From positions 2,720,001-2,784,000 of the forward strand of contig OY970218.1 of the NCBI GenBank assembly GCA_963713975.1: DNA of 64,000 nt, read 5' to 3'. Positions 10,122-19,307 of this stretch are shown here, piece after piece. The stretch's first letter is position 1, and every line of letters starts with the position of its first letter. The DNA is from an uncultured Chloroflexia bacterium (GTDB lineage: Bacteria; Chloroflexota; Limnocylindria; Limnocylindrales; CSP1-4). The notes under the pieces are model-generated. The model did not search any database. It was not told the origin of the DNA and saw nothing but the letters and a program-made list of their open reading frames with translations. Position numbers and translations under genes: made by a program.

Positions 10122-10256
10122 GGGTCGGGAGTCTACCCGTGGACCGCGGAGTTCGCCGGTCGTGCCCCTTCGCTCCAGGAACCCGACTGCCATCCGAACG
10201 CGCGATCCGCGCGAAGATTGGGTGAACACGGCCATCCGTGCCGTCCTGGAGGTTGC

Positions 10257-10694
10257 ATGCCCGGCCCGTCGCAATCGGCGCCCCCGACCGTCACACCGAT
10301 CACGCTGGTGGACGGTGACGCCTATGTCCCGGGCGCCTGCAACATCGGCCCCTGGGAGATCCGGCGCCGGCGCGCGTTCGCGATCACGGGGTTCGCGGTC
10401 GCCCTGGTCATGTTCGCCGTCCTCGTGGTCGCCGGCGCGCCGGCCTGGGCACGCCTGCTGCTGCTCCTGCCACTGTGGGGCGGGGCATTCTCCTGGCTCC
10501 AGGCACGGCGGCGGTTCTGCGCCGCGTTCGCGATGGCCGGTATCTCGAACTTCGGGGATGGCGACGGTTCGCGGCGCTCCGTGCAGGATGCGGAGGCACA
10601 TCGCCTGGACATGCTCGCCACGATGCGCCTGACTCGCGACTCGTTCCTGATCGCGATCGTGCCGACCGTCATCGCGGTGCTCCTCCCGATCTAG
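10257..10694 (+). CDS. Hypothetical membrane protein (Y.PG.CNIG..E..RR family)
   Basis: GGAGG RBS; YVPGACNIGPWEIRRRR followed by TM helices and RRRFC. Confidence 0.75.
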   Translation: MPGPSQSAPPTVTPITLVDGDAYVPGACNIGPWEIRRRRAFAITGFAVALVMFAVLVVAGAPAWARLLLLLPLWGGAFSWLQARRRFCAAFAMAGISNFGDGDGSRRSVQDAEAHRLDMLATMRLTRDSFLIAIVPTVIAVLLPI

Positions 10695-10729
10695 GGAGAG
10701 GCCGGGTCGCCGATCGGGCCGGTTGGGGA

Positions 10730-10927
10730 TCAGGCGTGGTGGCCGGCCACCGTGGTGCCGATCGAGATCAGGCGGCGCCCGAGCGTGTGGCGCGTGCGGG
10801 TCACGAGACCGGGCTCATTCGCGCTGGCGCGGCGTGGCGCACGTACCTCGGTGGCGACCGAGTGGAGCTCTGCGATCCGATCGTGGGCAAGATGGTCAAC
10901 GCCGGAGAGGTGAAGCGGCTCGTACAT
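10730..10927 (-). CDS. Small hypothetical protein (65 aa; in-frame upstream starts at 10987 and 10996)
   Basis: GGGAG RBS; MYEPLHL...HDRIAEL...RHTLGRRLISIG; resembles ORF 49047-49295. Confidence 0.65.
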   Translation of the reverse strand: MYEPLHLSGVDHLAHDRIAELHSVATEVRAPRRASANEPGLVTRTRHTLGRRLISIGTTVAGHHA

Positions 10928-10999
10928 CGATCTGACTCCCTGGCTGCGGGTGGTTGGGACGCTGGTTGGGTCGTACGTGGTTGGCATCGATCTCACTGT

Positions 11000-11019
11000 T
11001 GTTAGTCCTTCATCTAACT
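11000..11019. promoter_or_regulatory. Second copy of the putative ArsR operator GTTAG-N8-CTAAC
   Basis: TGTTAGTCCTTCATCTAACT aligns without gaps to the palindrome at 12161-12180. Confidence 0.7.
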
Positions 11020-11063
11020 CGAGTGCCGCGAGGGACGCGGGCCTGAGCTCTGGGGTGTTGGGG

Positions 11064-12137
11064 CTAGGCGAGGTAGCGCTTGAGCTCGGACGACGCGTCG
11101 TCCAGCCGGTCGCGCCGGAGGCTGTAGTAGGACAGCCCGCCTTCCTCGGTCAGCGTCACCAGGCCGGCGGCCCGGAGATGCGCGAGGTGGTGCTTGATCG
11201 TCGGCTTGGACAGCTCCATGCGCTCGGCGATCTCGGTCAGGTAGCAGTCCCGGTCCCGCAGCAGGCGCAGGATCCGGAGCCGGCTCTCGTCGCCCAGGGC
11301 TCGATGCAGGCGCAGGAGGTCCTGGGGCGGGGCGAGGGGATCATGGGGCTCGAGGGCCGCGTCGGCGACCGGGTAGACGAAGATCCGCCAGTCGCCACTG
11401 GTGAAGGTGAAGTTGTAGGGCCGAGCGAGGTAGGACGGGGCGAGGATCAGGCGGCGGATGCCCGGCTCCGAAAGCCAGCGGACGCCGTTGGTCGTGCGCT
11501 CGATCAGCTCTGTCGGACCGAGGGTTGCGCGGTCCGTGGCACGGAGCTCGACGTCCTGCTCGATGATCTGGCGTACCCGCGGCTCGATCTCCTGGTAGTG
11601 CGGCAGCCAGGCCTCCATCCGGTCCGCGATCGCCCCGACGAACGCCTCGCCGTCATCGAACAGGCGGCCGAGCCACGGATGCTTGGGCTCCGGCCAGCAG
11701 GCGAGGATCCGCTCCCTGGCGCCCTGATCGCCTTCGAGCGCGGCGGCGACATCCGGGCGGAGGTTGGCGTCGTGCAGCGCGTCGGACAGGACGACATCGG
11801 CGAAGGCGGCACCGGTCGTGGAGCGCAGCAGCGACACGTAGGCGGCGGCGTCGGTCACGTCGGGACGATCCACCAGGAGCCCGGCGCCAAAGATGCACAG
11901 GTCGTCGTCGACCACGGAGCCCTGCGTCGTGGGCAGGCTCGCACGGGCGCGGGCGAGCCACGCCCGATCCTCCGCCGGGAGCTCATCCTGCTCTCCGACC
12001 TCGGTCGCGAGGCTGAGCGCGAAGTCATAGGCGGTCCGGACGTCGAAGGTCGACGGCTGCGAGACACCCGAGCCCACGCTGCGCACGGGCGAGCGGGTGG
12101 GGGCGACGCGGGCAGCGGAGCGGGTGGGTGTCGGCAT
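11064..12137 (-). CDS. ArsR/SmtB-family regulator with large N-terminal (DUF5937-like) domain
   Basis: C-terminal HTH RALGDESRLRILRLL...LSKPTIKHHLAHLRAAGLV; AGGA RBS. Confidence 0.9.
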   Translation of the reverse strand: MPTPTRSAARVAPTRSPVRSVGSGVSQPSTFDVRTAYDFALSLATEVGEQDELPAEDRAWLARARASLPTTQGSVVDDDLCIFGAGLLVDRPDVTDAAAYVSLLRSTTGAAFADVVLSDALHDANLRPDVAAALEGDQGARERILACWPEPKHPWLGRLFDDGEAFVGAIADRMEAWLPHYQEIEPRVRQIIEQDVELRATDRATLGPTELIERTTNGVRWLSEPGIRRLILAPSYLARPYNFTFTSGDWRIFVYPVADAALEPHDPLAPPQDLLRLHRALGDESRLRILRLLRDRDCYLTEIAERMELSKPTIKHHLAHLRAAGLVTLTEEGGLSYYSLRRDRLDDASSELKRYLA

Positions 12138-12159
12138 GATCTTCCTGTTCATCGAACTG

Positions 12160-12197
12160 ATGTTAGATGAGTATCTAACATTGGATCGGATTGTCAA
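12160..12197 (-). promoter_or_regulatory. Sigma70 promoter (TTGACA-16-GATACT) overlapped by palindromic operator ATGTTAGAT-gagt-ATCTAACAT
   Basis: -35 at 12197-12192, -10 at 12175-12170; perfect 9-bp-arm palindrome at 12160-12181 in an AT-rich patch. Confidence 0.8.
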
Positions 12198-12296
12198 GTG
12201 GCAATCGACGCCGTGCCCGACATCCGTCCGGCACGCGTCGTCCTTCTCGTTCGCAACCGCTCGACGGCGGCGGCGTGCGGGAGCGACAATCCGGCG

Positions 12297-13556
12297 ATGA
12301 CAGACACGGTGACGAGCTCGGCGGGCATGGCGGTGCAGCCGGACGACATGGCAACGGCGCCGGCCGCGCGATCGACGACCATCGCCGAGATGGAGGCGCA
12401 CACCGCGCACAACTACCATCCGCTGCCCGTCGTTCTCACGCGGGGCGAGGGCGCCTGGGTCGAGGACACCGATGGCCGTCGCTACCTGGACATGCTGGCC
12501 GGGTACAGCGCGCTCAACTTCGGCCATCGCCATCCGCGGCTCATCGAGGCGGCCGAACGGCAGCTGGGGCGCCTGACGCTCACCAGCCGGGCGTTCCACA
12601 ACGACCTCCTGGGCACCTTCACCCGCGAGCTCGCGGCACTATGCGGCATGGACACGGTGCTGCCCATGAACACCGGGGCGGAGGCCGTCGAGACCGCGCT
12701 CAAGATGGCGCGCAAGTGGGGCTACGAGCGGAAGGGCGTGCCCGAGGGTCGCGCGAAGATCGTCACCTTCGACGGCAACTTCCACGGCCGGACGATCACC
12801 ATCGTCAGCTTCTCGAGCGATCCGGCGGCGAGGGCGGGCTTCGGCCCCCAGACACCCGGCTTCGTGACCGTGCCCTACGGGGACGCGGACGCCCTGGCGG
12901 GGGCGATCGACGACGACACCGTCGCCGTCCTGCTCGAGCCGATCCAGGGCGAGGCGGGCGTGCTCATCCCGCCCGACGGCTACCTGGCTGAGGTCCGCAG
13001 GCTGTGCACCGAGGCCAACGTCCTGATGCTGGCCGACGAGATCCAGTCGGGCCTCGGCCGCGCCGGCGCGACGTTCGCGTGCGATCACGAAGGGGTCCGA
13101 CCGGACGCCTACATCCTGGGCAAGGCCCTCGGCGGCGGGATCCTGCCGGTGTCGGCGGTGGTCTCGAGCGCGGAGATCATGGCCGTGTTCCACCCGGGCG
13201 AGCACGGGAGCACCTTCGGTGGCAACCCGCTTGCCTGTGCCGTTGGGATCGAGGTGGTCCGGATGCTGGCGACGGGCGAGCCCCAGGAGCGGGCCCGGGA
13301 CCTGGGTGCCCATCTCCGGCGCCGCCTCGACGAGCTGCCCCGGGACCGCGTGTCCGCCGTCCGGACGCGCGGCCTGTGGGCAGGGATCGACGTTGTCGGA
13401 CGAACCGGGCGCGACGTGTGCGAGGGGCTGATGCGTCGCGGGGTGCTGGCCAAGGACACGCACGGTTCCACGATCCGGTTCGCGCCGCCCATCGTCATCG
13501 AGCGCGAGGAGCTCGACTGGGCGGTCGACCAGCTGCGCGAGGAGCTGCAGGCCTAG
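12297..13556 (+). CDS. rocD: Ornithine--oxo-acid aminotransferase
   Basis: AHNYHPLPVV, YSALNFGHRHP, LTLTSRAF, EPIQGEAG, ADEIQSGLGR, LGKALGGG. Confidence 0.93.
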   Translation: MTDTVTSSAGMAVQPDDMATAPAARSTTIAEMEAHTAHNYHPLPVVLTRGEGAWVEDTDGRRYLDMLAGYSALNFGHRHPRLIEAAERQLGRLTLTSRAFHNDLLGTFTRELAALCGMDTVLPMNTGAEAVETALKMARKWGYERKGVPEGRAKIVTFDGNFHGRTITIVSFSSDPAARAGFGPQTPGFVTVPYGDADALAGAIDDDTVAVLLEPIQGEAGVLIPPDGYLAEVRRLCTEANVLMLADEIQSGLGRAGATFACDHEGVRPDAYILGKALGGGILPVSAVVSSAEIMAVFHPGEHGSTFGGNPLACAVGIEVVRMLATGEPQERARDLGAHLRRRLDELPRDRVSAVRTRGLWAGIDVVGRTGRDVCEGLMRRGVLAKDTHGSTIRFAPPIVIEREELDWAVDQLREELQA

Positions 13557-13656
13557 GTCTGGGTCCCGCAACCGGTCCGGACGCGTCCGGCCACCCTGCC
13601 CGCGGTCCCACCCTACAATCGCCCCAACCCACCCTCCGCCTGAGGATCCCTTGCGC

Positions 13657-14960
13657 ATGCCCGTTCCCGTCGTCAAGTTCAGCGACGAGCGCCTGGCCAA
13701 CGGCCTGCGCCTGATCGTCGCCGAGGACCACCTGGCGCCGGTGGTCGCCGTGAACGTCTGGTACAACGTCGGCTCCAAGCACGAGGTCCCGGGCAAGACC
13801 GGGTTCGCCCACCTGTTCGAGCACGTGATGTTCCAGGGGTCGGCCAACGTCGGCAAGGCCGAGCACATGGCCCTGGTGCAGGGGGCGGGGGGACGCTCAA
13901 CGGGACCACGTGGGTGGATCGGACCAACTACTTCGAGACGATGCCCTCGCACCAGCTGGAGCTCGCGCTGTGGCTGGAGGCGGACCGCATGGGAACGCTC
14001 CTCGACGCGCTCAGCCAGGAGAACCTGGACAACCAGCGCGAGGTCGTCAAGAACGAGAAGCGGTGGAGCTACGACAACCGGCCGTATGGCTCCTGGATGG
14101 AGAAGACGCTCGCGCTGCTCTACCCGGAGGACCACCCGTACCACCACCCGACGATCGGGTCGATGGACGACCTCGATGCGGCCTCGCTGGAGGACATCGG
14201 GGCCTTCTTCGCCACCTACTACGTGCCGAACAACGCCGTCCTGTCGGTCGTCGGCGACTGTGACACGGCCCAGGTCCGGGCGTGGGCGGAGCGGTACTTC
14301 GGCCCGATCGCGGCCAACCCCGCGATCCCGCCGCTCCCGGACATGACCCTGCCGCCGATCCTCGGGGACGAGCGTCGGGAGACCGTCGAGGACAAGGTGC
14401 CCCTGGCGCGGGTCTACTTGGCCTTCCGGGCGCCTGCGTTCGGGGATCGAAGGCTGGATGCCATCGACATCGCAGGCCAGATCCTGACCGGTGGCAAGGG
14501 CAGCCGGCTTCACCGGCGCCTGGTCCGCGAGGACCGCCTCGCACAGGACGTCGCGATCTTCACGCTGCCGTTCGTGGGTGGTGCCGGTGCCGTCGTCGGC
14601 TGGGCGACCGTCCGGCCCGGCGTGGACCCCGCGGCCGTCGAGGCGGCCTATCTCGAGGAGCTGGAGCGCATCGCCTCGGAGCTGCCGAGCGAGGACGAGC
14701 TGGCGCGGGCCAAGGCGCTGACCGAGGCGGACGAGCTGGGGTCGCTGGCGCGCGTCGAGGAGCGGGCGGACCGGCTGTCCATGTTCGCGACCCTGTTCGA
14801 CGACCCCGGCCTCGTGAACACGCTGCTGCCGCGGTACCTGTCCGTGACGGCGGAACAGATCCGGGACGCCGCTCGAGCGATCTTCCGGCCGGACAACCGG
14901 ATCGTCCTGACCTACGTTCCCACGACGACCGGCGAGCCGGCCGGCGAGGAGGCGGCATGA
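13657..14960 (+). pseudogene. M16-family zinc peptidase, catalytic subunit, frameshifted at G-run 13887-13892 (possibly a sequencing error)
   Basis: The HLFEH motif is in the first frame; TLNGTTWVDRTNYFE continues in another frame. Adding one G restores GAGGTLNGTT. Confidence 0.85.
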
Positions 14961-16354
14961 GCACCGGTCCCGACATGATCACGGAGCGGCCGGTGCCGGG
15001 TCATCCGCGCCCGTACGAGTTTCCGGGCACGGTTCGCACGACCCTCGCCAACGGTCTCCAGGTCATCGTCACGCCGATGCCCGGACGGGAGCTCGTCGCG
15101 GCGTCCTTGGCGCTCCGGACCGGCGCGGCCGACGAGCCCGATGACCTGGGCGGCGCGACGGTCCTCACCGCGCGGGGCCTTACCGAGGGCACCGAGATCC
15201 GCGACGCGATCGCCCTCACCGAGGCCGCAGAGCGACTCGGTGCGTCGATCCACGCGGAGGCCGGCTGGGATGCGGTCTCGGCGGGCCTTGATGTTCCGGC
15301 GAGCCGGCTCGTCCCCGCCCTCGACCTCCTCGCGGAGGTGGTCCGTCGCCCGGCGTTCCCCGAGAGCGAGATCGAGCGCCTGCGGGACGAGCGCCTGACC
15401 GACCTGCTCCAGGCGAAGGCGGATCCCCGCCGGCGTGCGGACGAGGCGTACGTCTCGTCCATCTACGCGTCGTCGAGCCCGTACCGCCGTCCCGCCGGAG
15501 GAGCCGCCGAGACGGTCGAGGGCCTGACGGCGTCGGAGCTGCGAGCGGTCCATCACCGCGCCTACGTTCCCTCGAGCGCCGCGCTCGTCATCGCCGGCGA
15601 CGTGGATCCGGACGAGATCATCCGGTCCGCCGAGGCGCTGTTCGGCGACTGGTCGGGAACCGGCGAGCCCGAGCCCGCCACGATCGACGATTCGGCCGCC
15701 GCCAACGCGCGCTTCGTCCGGGTGGTGCACCGGCCCGGCTCGGTGCAGAGCGAGATCCGGATCGGCCACCCGGGCCTCCGGCGCCGCCATCCGGACTACC
15801 ACGCGGTCGCCGTGATGAGCGCGATCCTGGGCGGGCTGTTCAACTCCAGACTGAACATGAATCTGCGCGAGGAGAAGGGGTACACCTACGGCGCGAGCGC
15901 GGGCTTCGACCTTCGCCGCGGCCGCGGACCCTTCACCGCGCGTGCGGCAGTCAACACGGAGGTCACCGTCCCCGCCCTGCACGAGTTCCTGGTGGAGCTG
16001 GACAGGATCCGCGAGGGTCTCGTGAGCGACGCCGAGCTGCGGGCCGCCCGCGACTACCTCGTGGGGGTCTTCCCGCTGCGGTTCGAGACGCCCGGACCCG
16101 TGGCCGGCTCGCTCGCCGGGCTCTTCGTCCACGGGCTCGATCACGACGAGCTCGACCGTTACCGGCCCGCCATCGAGGCCGTGACTGCCGCCGACGTACA
16201 GCGGGTCGCACGCTCGCACGTGCGGCCCGAGGAGGCCGGGGTGGTGCTGGTGGGGGACCACGACCAGTTCGGCGAAGCGCTCGAGGCGGCGGCGCTCGGT
16301 CCGGTCGAGGTTGTCCGGGACGCGGAGCCCGTTGCCCCGGCGTCGGAAGCGTAG
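14957..16354 (+). CDS. M16-family peptidase, non-catalytic partner subunit
   Basis: ATGA overlap; no HxxEH; has LGGLFNSRLNMNLREEKGYTYG. Confidence 0.9.
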   Translation: MSTGPDMITERPVPGHPRPYEFPGTVRTTLANGLQVIVTPMPGRELVAASLALRTGAADEPDDLGGATVLTARGLTEGTEIRDAIALTEAAERLGASIHAEAGWDAVSAGLDVPASRLVPALDLLAEVVRRPAFPESEIERLRDERLTDLLQAKADPRRRADEAYVSSIYASSSPYRRPAGGAAETVEGLTASELRAVHHRAYVPSSAALVIAGDVDPDEIIRSAEALFGDWSGTGEPEPATIDDSAAANARFVRVVHRPGSVQSEIRIGHPGLRRRHPDYHAVAVMSAILGGLFNSRLNMNLREEKGYTYGASAGFDLRRGRGPFTARAAVNTEVTVPALHEFLVELDRIREGLVSDAELRAARDYLVGVFPLRFETPGPVAGSLAGLFVHGLDHDELDRYRPAIEAVTAADVQRVARSHVRPEEAGVVLVGDHDQFGEALEAAALGPVEVVRDAEPVAPASEA

Positions 16355-16416
16355 TCGCGGGCTGTTCGCAGCCCGCACCGTCCGCACCCCCGAGCCTGCT
16401 CGTCCGGGCCGTCGGC

Positions 16417-16441
16417 TGAAACCTTTGTGCCCGCGGATGTC
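16417..16441 (+). promoter_or_regulatory. Putative ECF-sigma promoter TGAAAC-N16-GTC
   Basis: Matches the generic ECF AAC/GTC pattern; lies upstream of the secreted protein-sigma-anti-sigma unit. Confidence 0.5.
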
Positions 16442-16498
16442 TCGGGAGGAGTGAGGCGGCGCCAGCGAGGGAGGCCGCAATCCAGCGGAGCACCCAGC

Positions 16499-16972
16499 AT
16501 GCGTTCAACCACAGCAATGGCCCGCTCCGTCGGGACCGCGACGGTAGCCCTGTTCCTGGTGGCGGGCGCCGCGTTCGCGACCAGCAGCTTCGTCTCGGGC
16601 GGACGACAGGACGACACCAGCCCGGCCGCAGCCGAAGCCGTGGCGGCTGGGGCCACCTCGACGCCCGAGGCCACCGAGACCGCGGAGCCGACCGAGACGC
16701 CCGAGGCCACCGAGACCGCGGAGCCGACCGAGACGCCCGAGGCCACCGAGACCGCGGAGCCGACCGAGACGCCCGAGGCCACCGAGACCGCGGAGCCGGT
16801 CTACGCCAGCGACTCGACGACCACCAGCAAGGACAGCACGGCCGGCCACGACGATGGTGACGACGAGCCGGACGAGGATGCCGGCGACGACCATGACGGC
16901 CACGACGACGGCGACAGTGACCATGCAACCGCCGAACCGACCCACGACGGTGAGGACGACAGCGACGACTAG
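16499..16972 (+). CDS. Secreted acidic low-complexity protein with ETPEATETAEPT repeats and His/Asp-rich tail
   Basis: GGAG RBS, signal peptide (VALFLVAGAAFA), tandem repeat. Confidence 0.75.
   Translation: MRSTTAMARSVGTATVALFLVAGAAFATSSFVSGGRQDDTSPAAAEAVAAGATSTPEATETAEPTETPEATETAEPTETPEATETAEPTETPEATETAEPVYASDSTTTSKDSTAGHDDGDDEPDEDAGDDHDGHDDGDSDHATAEPTHDGEDDSDD
16660..16798 (+). repeat. 36-bp perfect coding tandem repeat, about 3.8 copies
   Basis: Unit acgcccgaggccaccgagaccgcggagccgaccgag starts at 16661, 16697, 16733 and 16769 (last copy partial). Confidence 0.95.
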
Positions 16973-17101
16973 ACCGATCGGGCCAGAGGCTTCGTGACCT
17001 CCGTCCTGCGATGGGAGCCGGCTCGAGCCGCGACGATCGCGTCTGGAACCGGTCCGGTTCCCGGCGAGCCGCCCCATCGGGCAGACTCGACGCCTCGCAG
17101 G

Positions 17102-17731
17102 ATGGAGGGAGCCCTGGTCGACCGGCCCCAGACCCGTACCAAGGACACCGGAGCCACGAGCGATGACCGCACGATCGTCGACGCTGTGCTTGCCGGCGAC
17201 CGCGACGCCTTCCGACTCCTTGTCGAGCGGGAGGGCCCGTCGGTCGTTTCGGCGTGCGCGCGGGTCCTTGGCGATCGCTCCGAGGCCGAGGACGTGGCGC
17301 AGGAGGCCTTCGTGATCGCGTTCCGGTCGCTCGGGACCTGGCGCGGTGATGGCGTGTTCGGCGCCTGGTTGTCACGGATCGCCGTCCGTCTTGCCATCCG
17401 TCGCGCCGCCCAGCGCAAGCAGGTCACCTGGCTGGATCCCATCGCGGCCGAGTCGGACCCGTCCGGTCACGACCGGTACCGGACGAGCGTCTCGATGGAC
17501 GCCCTTGATCCGGCGCACACGCTGCTGCGCACGGAACGCGACTCCCACATCCGGGCGGCGGTTGCGTCACTGGACGAGCCGTACCGTGAGGTCGTGGCCC
17601 TCCAATTCTTCGCGGAGCGCTCCCTGGCGGAGATCGCCACCGCCACCAATCGTCCGCTCGGGACCGTGAAGACACACCTGCATCGAGGGCTCGCGCGCCT
17701 GCGCGGCGCTCTCGAGGAGGCGGAACGATGA
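17102..17731 (+). CDS. ECF RNA polymerase sigma factor
   Basis: GDRDAFRLLV, AEDVAQEAFV, FGAWLSRIA, GTVKTHLHRG. Confidence 0.92.
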   Translation: MEGALVDRPQTRTKDTGATSDDRTIVDAVLAGDRDAFRLLVEREGPSVVSACARVLGDRSEAEDVAQEAFVIAFRSLGTWRGDGVFGAWLSRIAVRLAIRRAAQRKQVTWLDPIAAESDPSGHDRYRTSVSMDALDPAHTLLRTERDSHIRAAVASLDEPYREVVALQFFAERSLAEIATATNRPLGTVKTHLHRGLARLRGALEEAER

Positions 17732-18531
17732 CCGCCGGCCGACCGGGCGAGCGGGCCAGGCCCTTCGGTCCCGACGAGCTGGACGGCGTGTCCGGGATCG
17801 CCCCGGATGAGCTCTCCGCCGAGGTCCGCCTGGCCCGTGACATCGAGACTGTCGCCGCCCGCGGCGGCGTCACGCCCTCGGCCGGGTTCACGGACCGGGT
17901 GATGACGGCGGTCGCGGCAGAGCCCGTCCCGGCGCCCGTGATCGCGGCCGGAAGCGCCCTGCGGCGCGGGGCTGCCGGCGGCTTGCTCGCGGCGATCCGC
18001 GACTCGTTCCGGGTCACCTTCGGCGGTGGCTTCCCGGCAGTGGTTCGAGCCCAGGCGCTGGCGCTGGTGCTGGCGGTCGTCGTCGTCGCGGGTGGTGGCG
18101 GTTTCGCGACGGCCGGCGCATTGGGCCTGTTCGATGAGCGGCCCTCCCCGACACCGGGACCGTCGGTCGTCGTCCCCTCGCCGTCGGTCGGGCCCAGCCC
18201 GTCGCCAGAGGAGCTGACCGCGCCGGAGGTCACGCAGTCGCCAGCCCCGACACCGGACGGCTCGCTCGAGCCCGCGGCCAGCGACGAATCGGACACCCAC
18301 GCCCCTGGCGAGACGAAAGAGCCCGATGAAGATGGCGGCGCCGATTCGTCCCGCACGCCGTCACCCACGAACCGGCCTCAGGGGACGCCGAAGCCGTCGC
18401 CGACTCCCGAGCCGACCCATGACGACGATGACGGAGAGGAAGAGACGCACACCCCGGTGCCGAAGGGAACGGCCACGCCCGACCGGACCCCCTGGCCCAG
18501 CCCAACGCCGTCACCCACGGGCGAGCACTAG
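17728..18531 (+). CDS. Putative anti-sigma factor (single TM, Pro/Thr/acidic outer domain)
   Basis: ATGA overlap with the sigma gene; PSAGFTDRVM motif; one TM segment. Confidence 0.75.
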   Translation: MTAGRPGERARPFGPDELDGVSGIAPDELSAEVRLARDIETVAARGGVTPSAGFTDRVMTAVAAEPVPAPVIAAGSALRRGAAGGLLAAIRDSFRVTFGGGFPAVVRAQALALVLAVVVVAGGGGFATAGALGLFDERPSPTPGPSVVVPSPSVGPSPSPEELTAPEVTQSPAPTPDGSLEPAASDESDTHAPGETKEPDEDGGADSSRTPSPTNRPQGTPKPSPTPEPTHDDDDGEEETHTPVPKGTATPDRTPWPSPTPSPTGEH

Positions 18532-18620
18532 TGCCAGCCGGGCCATTGGCCCGATTCGCAAGTCCCTGGGACTACGCCCTCCCAACGGCATCCCTCCGCC
18601 GCTCCGCCTAGACTCATCCC

Positions 18621-19283
18621 ATGATCGCCGTCGTTGGAGTCCCCGCGTGGCGCGAGACCGAGCCTGCCGGCCCGGCCGGACGCTGCTCCGAGATTGCACT
18701 CGCCGCCGCCGCGAAGGACGCGCGTGTGGAGCTCGTCGGTCGCGCCGGCGATGATCCTGCCGGGGACGCGCTGCTGATCGCCCTGGCCCGAGCCGGGGTC
18801 GGCCATGCCGCGATGCTCCGGGATCCGGCCCGGCGGACGCCCGTGGTGACCACGCCGCCGGAGGCCGACAGAGCGGTGCTCGGGGACGAGCCACTGCCGC
18901 CGGCCGTTTCGCCCGTAGGTTCCGGGGGACCGCGCCTCGATGTCGCCGACGTGGCTCTCGGGCTCGGCTACGTCACGGACTTCCGGGTCCTCGTCGTGGC
19001 GGACGACGTCCCCGCCGACGCGCTCCCGGCGGCCATCGACGCGGCGGCGTTCGCCGGCGCACACCTGGTGGTGCTGGTCCCACCCGACGGGTCGATTCCG
19101 GCGGCCGTTCCCTCGGGCGCGACGGTGCTGGCTGTCCCGGGAGAGGCCGACGACGGGGCGTTCGGCGCGTTCGTTGGCGCCTACGCGGCGGCTCTCGACG
19201 CCGGTGCCGTACCGGCGGAGGCATTCGCGGCTGCGGTCGGCGACAACGGCTGGGGCACGGCGGAGGTGATCGGGACCGACTGA
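18621..19283 (+). CDS. Hypothetical protein, degenerate PfkB/ribokinase-like
   Basis: VELVGRAGDDPAGDALL resembles the PfkB N-terminal signature; GAFVGAYAAAL resembles the C-terminal helix but lacks DxxGAGD; leaderless start. Confidence 0.6.
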   Translation: MIAVVGVPAWRETEPAGPAGRCSEIALAAAAKDARVELVGRAGDDPAGDALLIALARAGVGHAAMLRDPARRTPVVTTPPEADRAVLGDEPLPPAVSPVGSGGPRLDVADVALGLGYVTDFRVLVVADDVPADALPAAIDAAAFAGAHLVVLVPPDGSIPAAVPSGATVLAVPGEADDGAFGAFVGAYAAALDAGAVPAEAFAAAVGDNGWGTAEVIGTD

Positions 19284-19307
19284 CCGATCGGGACCGACTG
19301 ACCGATC
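19268..19307 (+). repeat. 18-bp tandem duplication spanning a stop codon
   Basis: gatcgggaccgactgacc twice, plus gatc. Confidence 0.9.

Noticed and set aside
16660-16798. 36-bp repeats as a CRISPR array
   Set aside because: The copies are head-to-tail with no spacers and in frame within a CDS; no cas genes are present.
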